Shown: piece after piece, positions 59,409-64,000 of the stretch
Numbering within the stretch: position 1 is the stretch's first letter
How the letters are laid out: the number at the start of each line of letters is the position of its first letter
From: an uncultured delta proteobacterium
GTDB taxonomy: Bacteria; Desulfobacterota; Desulfobacteria; Desulfobacterales; JAFDCJ01
Assembly (NCBI GenBank): GCA_963769935.1
Contig: CAVYNY010000013.1
Location: forward strand, 192,001-256,000
Reading direction: 5' to 3'
Length of the DNA stretch: 64,000 bases
Translations under genes and position numbers: made by a program
The notes under the pieces: model-generated
What the model was told of the DNA's origin: nothing
Seen by the model: the letters and a program-made list of their open reading frames with translations, nothing else
Database searches by the model: none

Positions 59409-62400
59409 TGTCGCGTTTCTTCATTGAGAGGCCGATTCTCGCCAATGTCCTCGCCGTTATCACCCTGATTATCGGCTTCATCAGTTACTACCGGCTTCCC
59501 GTCGAGCAGTATCCGCCGATCACGCCGCCCACCATTCAGGTGAGCGCCAGATATCCGGGGGCCAGTGCAGCTGTCGTTGCTGAGACGATGGGCGTGCCCA
59601 TCGAGCAGGCGGTCAACGGCGTGGAGCATTCCATCTACATGTCTTCCACCAGCAGCAACGACGGATCTTATACCCTCACGATCACCTTTGATGTCGGCAC
59701 CGATCTGGACAAATCGCTTATTCTCGTCCAAAACCAGGTCAACAGCGCGCTTTCCCAGCTCCCCGGCGGCGTCCAGGTCCAGGGAGTCAACGTGCGGAAA
59801 GTCTCCACCAACATCCTGGTTGTTGTCAGCCTGTACTCTCAAGACGACCGTTTCGATGAGGCCTTTCTCTCCAATTACGGGATTATCAACATGCAGAACC
59901 CCCTCGCCCGGCTGCCGGGTATCGGCCAGGTGAGAGTCTTTGGTGCAGGTCAATACAGCATGCGCGTTTGGCTGGACCCCAATCGGCTCAGACAGTTCGC
60001 ACTCACCACCGCGGATGTGCTGAATGCCATCGGGGATCAGAACGTCCAGGTGGTGGCCGGACAGCTGGGGGCCCCTCCTGTTTCCAGCAGTCAGGCCGTT
60101 CAATTTTCCATCAACAGCCTGGGCCGGCTTTCCGAAGCTGCTCAATTCGAGAACATCATTGTGAAAAGTGCCGCCGGGCCGGGCGCTCAGATTGTCCGTT
60201 TGCGAGACATCGCCAAGGTGGATCTCGGCCAGCAGTCGTACTCGAACTATGCCAATACGGGCGGACGCCGATCGGCCCAGGTCATTGTGTTCGCGCTTCC
60301 GGATGCCAACGCCATCGCCGTGGCCAATCATGTTTACCAGGCCGTAAAGGCGATGAGCAAGGATTTCCCCGCCGGCCTTAAGTATGCAATCCACTTCGAT
60401 ACGACGCGGTTCGTCCGTGAGGCCGTATCCAAGGTTTATGAAACGCTTTTTGAAGCCGCTATTCTCGTCCTTGTCGTCATCATGATATTTCTGCAAAGTT
60501 TCCGGGCCATGCTCGTTCCGGCGACTACCGTCCCCGTGACCATCATAGGGGCGTTCGCAGCAATGATCGCTCTCGGTTTCACCATCAACATCATGACCTT
60601 ATTCGCCCTGGTTCTGGCCATCGGCATCGTCGTCGACGACGCCATCGTCATTGTGGAAAACACCGCCTACTATATCGAGAGGGGTTTATCCCCCAAGGAA
60701 GCAGCTATCAAGGCGATGAGTGAGCTGACCGGCCCGATCATGGGAATTACGGTGGCGCTGGTGTCCGTCTTTCTGCCGGCGGCCTTCCTGCCGGGCATTA
60801 CCGGACAGATTTTCCGGCAATTTGCGCTGGTCATTGCCGCTATTGCCGTCATCAGTGCCATCAATGCCATGACCTTGAAACCGGCCCAGTGTGCACTATG
60901 GCTTCGGCCAAGGCCGAATAAGCGGCCCAATTGGTTTTACCGCGGCTTCAACAGGGCCTATGAGGCCACGAAGGACGCTTACATCGGGCTGGTCCGCCGC
61001 ATGGTAAACCACCCGGGGCTCATGCTGGCGGTTTTTCTGGCTTTTATCGCCGTTGCCGGCTGGCAGTTCGCGCAGCGGCCTACGGGCTTCCTCCCAAGCG
61101 AAGACCAGGGATATGCCATCCTGTTTACGCGTCTGCCCGACGGCGCAGCGCAGCCCCGGGCTCGGGAGGTATCACAGGCGATTGACCGCATTCTGAGCAA
61201 AACACCCGGCATCGCCAGCTGGGTGACCATCGGGGGGTTCTCGATCCTCGACGCAGCAAATGTTCCCAATATCAACACCACGTTTATCGTCTACGAGGAC
61301 TGGAGTAAACGCGGCGCCGCCCTGAACCAGAGCCAGATCGTTTCCGGCCTGAACCGCGATCTTTCCGCCATTCAGGAGGCCATTGCGTTTGTCGTCATCC
61401 CCCCGCCTATCAGAGGCTTGGGCCAGGCCGGCGGTTTTCAGATGATGGTGGAGGATCGCAAGGGCAACGACCTTGAAGCGCTTCAGAATCTGGCGAATCA
61501 ACTCATCGATGCCGGCAACTCACAGCCCAACCTTGCCGGCCTGGCCACTACTTTCGACGCCCGCAGCCCGCAACTCTTTCTGGACATCGACCGGACCAAG
61601 GCCCAGTCCTTTCAAGTTCCGCTCACCAGTGTGTTTGGGACGCTCCGGGACTACCTCGGGTCCTCCTTCGTCAACCTGTTCAACAAGTTCAACCAGATAT
61701 ATCAGGTCTACATCCAGGCGGACGCCCAATACCGTGTGCGGCTGCAAGACATCAAGAGTCTCTATACCAGAAATACCCAGGGGGAAATGGTCCCCCTCGG
61801 CAGTCTGCTTGAAGTCAAGCATTCACAGGGACCGGAGCTGATCACCCGCTATAACCTTTACCCGGCCGCCGCTATCTTTGGCTCTGCCGCCCCGGGATTC
61901 AGCTCGGGTCAGGCACTGACGGAGATGGAGCAGCTGGCGGCCCGCGTGTTGCCCCGGGGGGCGGGTTACGATTGGACGGCCACCAGTTATCAGGAGAAGC
62001 AGGTCGGCTATGAGGCCTACTTCATCTATGCCCTGTCCATTACCCTGGTGTTTATGGTATTGGCCGCGCTTTTCGAGAGCTGGGCATCGCCCGCGGCGGT
62101 CATTTTAGCCGTTCCCATGGCGCTGGTCGGGGTTCTCGCCGCCCTTTTGATTAGAAGCTATGATAACAACCTCTATACGCAGATTGGACTGGTGCTCATG
62201 ATTGCATTGGCCAGCAAAAACGCGATTCTCATCGTCGAGTTCGCGCGCGATTTGCGGCGGGAAGGTATGTCCGTCACAGAAGCGGCCGTTGAAGCGACGA
62301 GCCGGCGTTTTCGGCCGATTCTGATGACCTCCTTCGCCTTCATTTCAGGCGTGACCCCGCTTCTCTTTGCCGTGGGAGCCGGCGCCGCCGGCCAGCGGGC

Positions 62401-62578
62401 CATCGGCACGGTCGTGTTCGGCGGCATGCTGGCCTCAACGCTCCTGGCCATTCCCTTTGTGCCCGTGCTTTACGTAATTACGCAGCGGCTGAGCGAACGT
62501 CTTCGTAAAGATAAATTTGCCTCCAAGTCCGGTGCGGAGATGTCGACTTTGGAGAATAACCAGGTACCTTTTGAATAA
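59408..62578 (+). CDS. RND efflux permease (AcrB/HAE1 family)
   Basis: FFIERPI, IGIVVDDAIVIVEN, KNAILIVEF, RFRPILMTS. Confidence 0.97.
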   Translation: MSRFFIERPILANVLAVITLIIGFISYYRLPVEQYPPITPPTIQVSARYPGASAAVVAETMGVPIEQAVNGVEHSIYMSSTSSNDGSYTLTITFDVGTDLDKSLILVQNQVNSALSQLPGGVQVQGVNVRKVSTNILVVVSLYSQDDRFDEAFLSNYGIINMQNPLARLPGIGQVRVFGAGQYSMRVWLDPNRLRQFALTTADVLNAIGDQNVQVVAGQLGAPPVSSSQAVQFSINSLGRLSEAAQFENIIVKSAAGPGAQIVRLRDIAKVDLGQQSYSNYANTGGRRSAQVIVFALPDANAIAVANHVYQAVKAMSKDFPAGLKYAIHFDTTRFVREAVSKVYETLFEAAILVLVVIMIFLQSFRAMLVPATTVPVTIIGAFAAMIALGFTINIMTLFALVLAIGIVVDDAIVIVENTAYYIERGLSPKEAAIKAMSELTGPIMGITVALVSVFLPAAFLPGITGQIFRQFALVIAAIAVISAINAMTLKPAQCALWLRPRPNKRPNWFYRGFNRAYEATKDAYIGLVRRMVNHPGLMLAVFLAFIAVAGWQFAQRPTGFLPSEDQGYAILFTRLPDGAAQPRAREVSQAIDRILSKTPGIASWVTIGGFSILDAANVPNINTTFIVYEDWSKRGAALNQSQIVSGLNRDLSAIQEAIAFVVIPPPIRGLGQAGGFQMMVEDRKGNDLEALQNLANQLIDAGNSQPNLAGLATTFDARSPQLFLDIDRTKAQSFQVPLTSVFGTLRDYLGSSFVNLFNKFNQIYQVYIQADAQYRVRLQDIKSLYTRNTQGEMVPLGSLLEVKHSQGPELITRYNLYPAAAIFGSAAPGFSSGQALTEMEQLAARVLPRGAGYDWTATSYQEKQVGYEAYFIYALSITLVFMVLAALFESWASPAAVILAVPMALVGVLAALLIRSYDNNLYTQIGLVLMIALASKNAILIVEFARDLRREGMSVTEAAVEATSRRFRPILMTSFAFISGVTPLLFAVGAGAAGQRAIGTVVFGGMLASTLLAIPFVPVLYVITQRLSERLRKDKFASKSGAEMSTLENNQVPFE

Positions 62579-62656
62579 AGGAGAAGTCGAAAATGAAAAA
62601 ATGATTGAACCAAAACCTGTCCACCGCCGATGTTGGGTTTCGCCCAAGGAGGTATT

Positions 62657-64000
62657 ATGCTATACGAAAGAGAGGCTCTGCGTTATCATAAAGAACCGCG
62701 GCCCGGCAAGATCGAGGTTGTTCCCAGCAAGCCCTGCCTGTCCCAATCCGACTTAAGCCTGGCCTATACCCCCGGGGTTGCCGTCCCCTGCCTGAAAATC
62801 AGGCAAAACCCGGAGCTGGCATACGATTATACCATCAAGGGCAACCTGGTTGCGGTCATCACCAATGGAACGGCGGTTTTGGGGCTCGGCAACATCGGGC
62901 CTCTGGCCGGTAAACCGGTGATGGAAGGCAAGGCAGTTCTTTTTAAACGCTTTGCCGACCTGGATGTCTTTGATATCGAAATCGATACTCATGATCCGGA
63001 TGTATTTATCAGGACCGTCAAAGTGCTGGAGCCGACTTTCGGCGGTATCAACCTTGAGGACATTAAAGCACCGGACTGTTTCTACATCGAAGAACAGCTC
63101 ACCAAGCTGATGTCCATTCCGGTTTTCCATGACGACCAGCACGGTACCGCCATTATTTCCGGCGCCGCCATGCTAAACAGCTGCGAACTGACCGGCCGCA
63201 AATTGGAAGACCTGCGGGTGGTAATCCTCGGTGCCGGCGCGGCTGGTATTGCCTCTGCAAAAATGTACGTTCACTTGGGGGTGAAAAAAGAAAATATCAT
63301 TCTGGTTGACTCCAAAGGCGTTATCTTCAAAGGGCGCACCGCTGGGATGAACCCCTACAAAGAGGCGTTCGCCGCGGATACCGCCATGCGCACCCTGGCC
63401 GATGCGGTCAAAGGTGCCGACATGCTGGTGGGCCTGTCGGTGGCGGGTGCTTTTAGCCCGGAGCTGATCAAACAGATGAGCGATCGGCCGATAATCTTCG
63501 CCCTGGCCAATCCGGAACCCGAAATCGGCTATGACGAGGCCAAAGCCGCCCGGCCGGATGCCATCGTCGCCACCGGCCGCACCGATTATCCCAACCAGGT
63601 CAATAACGTTCTCGGGTTTCCCTTTATCTTCCGCGGGGCGCTGGATGTTCGCGCCCGGGCCATCAACGAACACATGAAAGTTGCGGCGGTCCGGGCACTG
63701 GCCGCTTTGGCCCGGGAGGATGTGCCCGATTCGGTGACCCGCGCTTATGGAGGCCGTCCCATATTTTTTGGACCCGAGTATATCATCCCCAAACCACTGG
63801 ACTCCCGGGTGTTGCTGACGGTCGCCCCGGCAGTTGCAAATGCCGCTGTTGAAAGCGGCGTTGCCGGAATCCGGCTGCCCGGGAAAAAGGGATATATCCA
63901 GGCGTTGGAGACTCGGCTGGGCCCCGAACGGGAGATCATGCGCAAGATCTTTACCCGTGCGCAACAAAATCCGAAGCGGATCGTATTGCCCGAAGGAAAC
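62657..64000 (+). CDS. maeB: NADP-dependent malic enzyme fused to a phosphotransacetylase-like domain (runs off window end; absent from the ORF track)
   Basis: AAGGAGG RBS, then [59 protein letters not shown], ending [10 protein letters not shown]. Confidence 0.95.
   Translation, partial: MLYEREALRYHKEPRPGKIEVVPSKPCLSQSDLSLAYTPGVAVPCLKIRQNPELAYDYTIKGNLVAVITNGTAVLGLGNIGPLAGKPVMEGKAVLFKRFADLDVFDIEIDTHDPDVFIRTVKVLEPTFGGINLEDIKAPDCFYIEEQLTKLMSIPVFHDDQHGTAIISGAAMLNSCELTGRKLEDLRVVILGAGAAGIASAKMYVHLGVKKENIILVDSKGVIFKGRTAGMNPYKEAFAADTAMRTLADAVKGADMLVGLSVAGAFSPELIKQMSDRPIIFALANPEPEIGYDEAKAARPDAIVATGRTDYPNQVNNVLGFPFIFRGALDVRARAINEHMKVAAVRALAALAREDVPDSVTRAYGGRPIFFGPEYIIPKPLDSRVLLTVAPAVANAAVESGVAGIRLPGKKGYIQALETRLGPEREIMRKIFTRAQQNPKRIVLPEGN

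Noticed and set aside
1..64000. CRISPR array
   Set aside because: No 23-47-bp repeat with regular unique spacers. The 21-bp repeat at 53864 has only two adjacent copies.

Overview
Bacterial chromosomal window. The style (many sigma54/NtrC two-component genes, tandem Usp proteins, short degenerate intergenic tandem repeats) suggests a Desulfobacterota-type anaerobe; this is inference only. The left ~40 kb is a patchwork accessory region marked by three same-orientation 3' remnants of tRNA-Phe (141, 30242, 39604), with no integrase visible. It holds: (i) a dNTP module, thyA divergent from nrdA-nrdB-folA, with NrdR boxes and an NrdB carrying the Chlamydia-type class Ic (Mn/Fe, no radical Tyr) signature; (ii) a TIR-transmembrane-FGE/C-type-lectin protein whose last 47 codons look like a diversity-generating-retroelement (DGR) variable region, with no template repeat or RT in the window; (iii) an ugp-like ABC operon behind a deleted glpR; (iv) toxin-antitoxin pairs with dead toxins, MITEs and a Y1/RAYT transposase split by a SulP-Usp cargo; (v) a heavily frameshifted DUF499/DUF1156 restriction-like defence locus with an extra PD-(D/E)xK nuclease; (vi) an aminotransferase plus sugar ABC operon with a permease-lactonase fusion, bracketed by a 329-bp direct repeat. 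The right ~24 kb is intact: a dense kinase/response-regulator cluster around a DASS/SLC13 transporter, uspA, degP, an RND efflux operon and the start of maeB. No CRISPR array, rRNA or intact tRNA was seen. All family assignments are by eye, without database searches.
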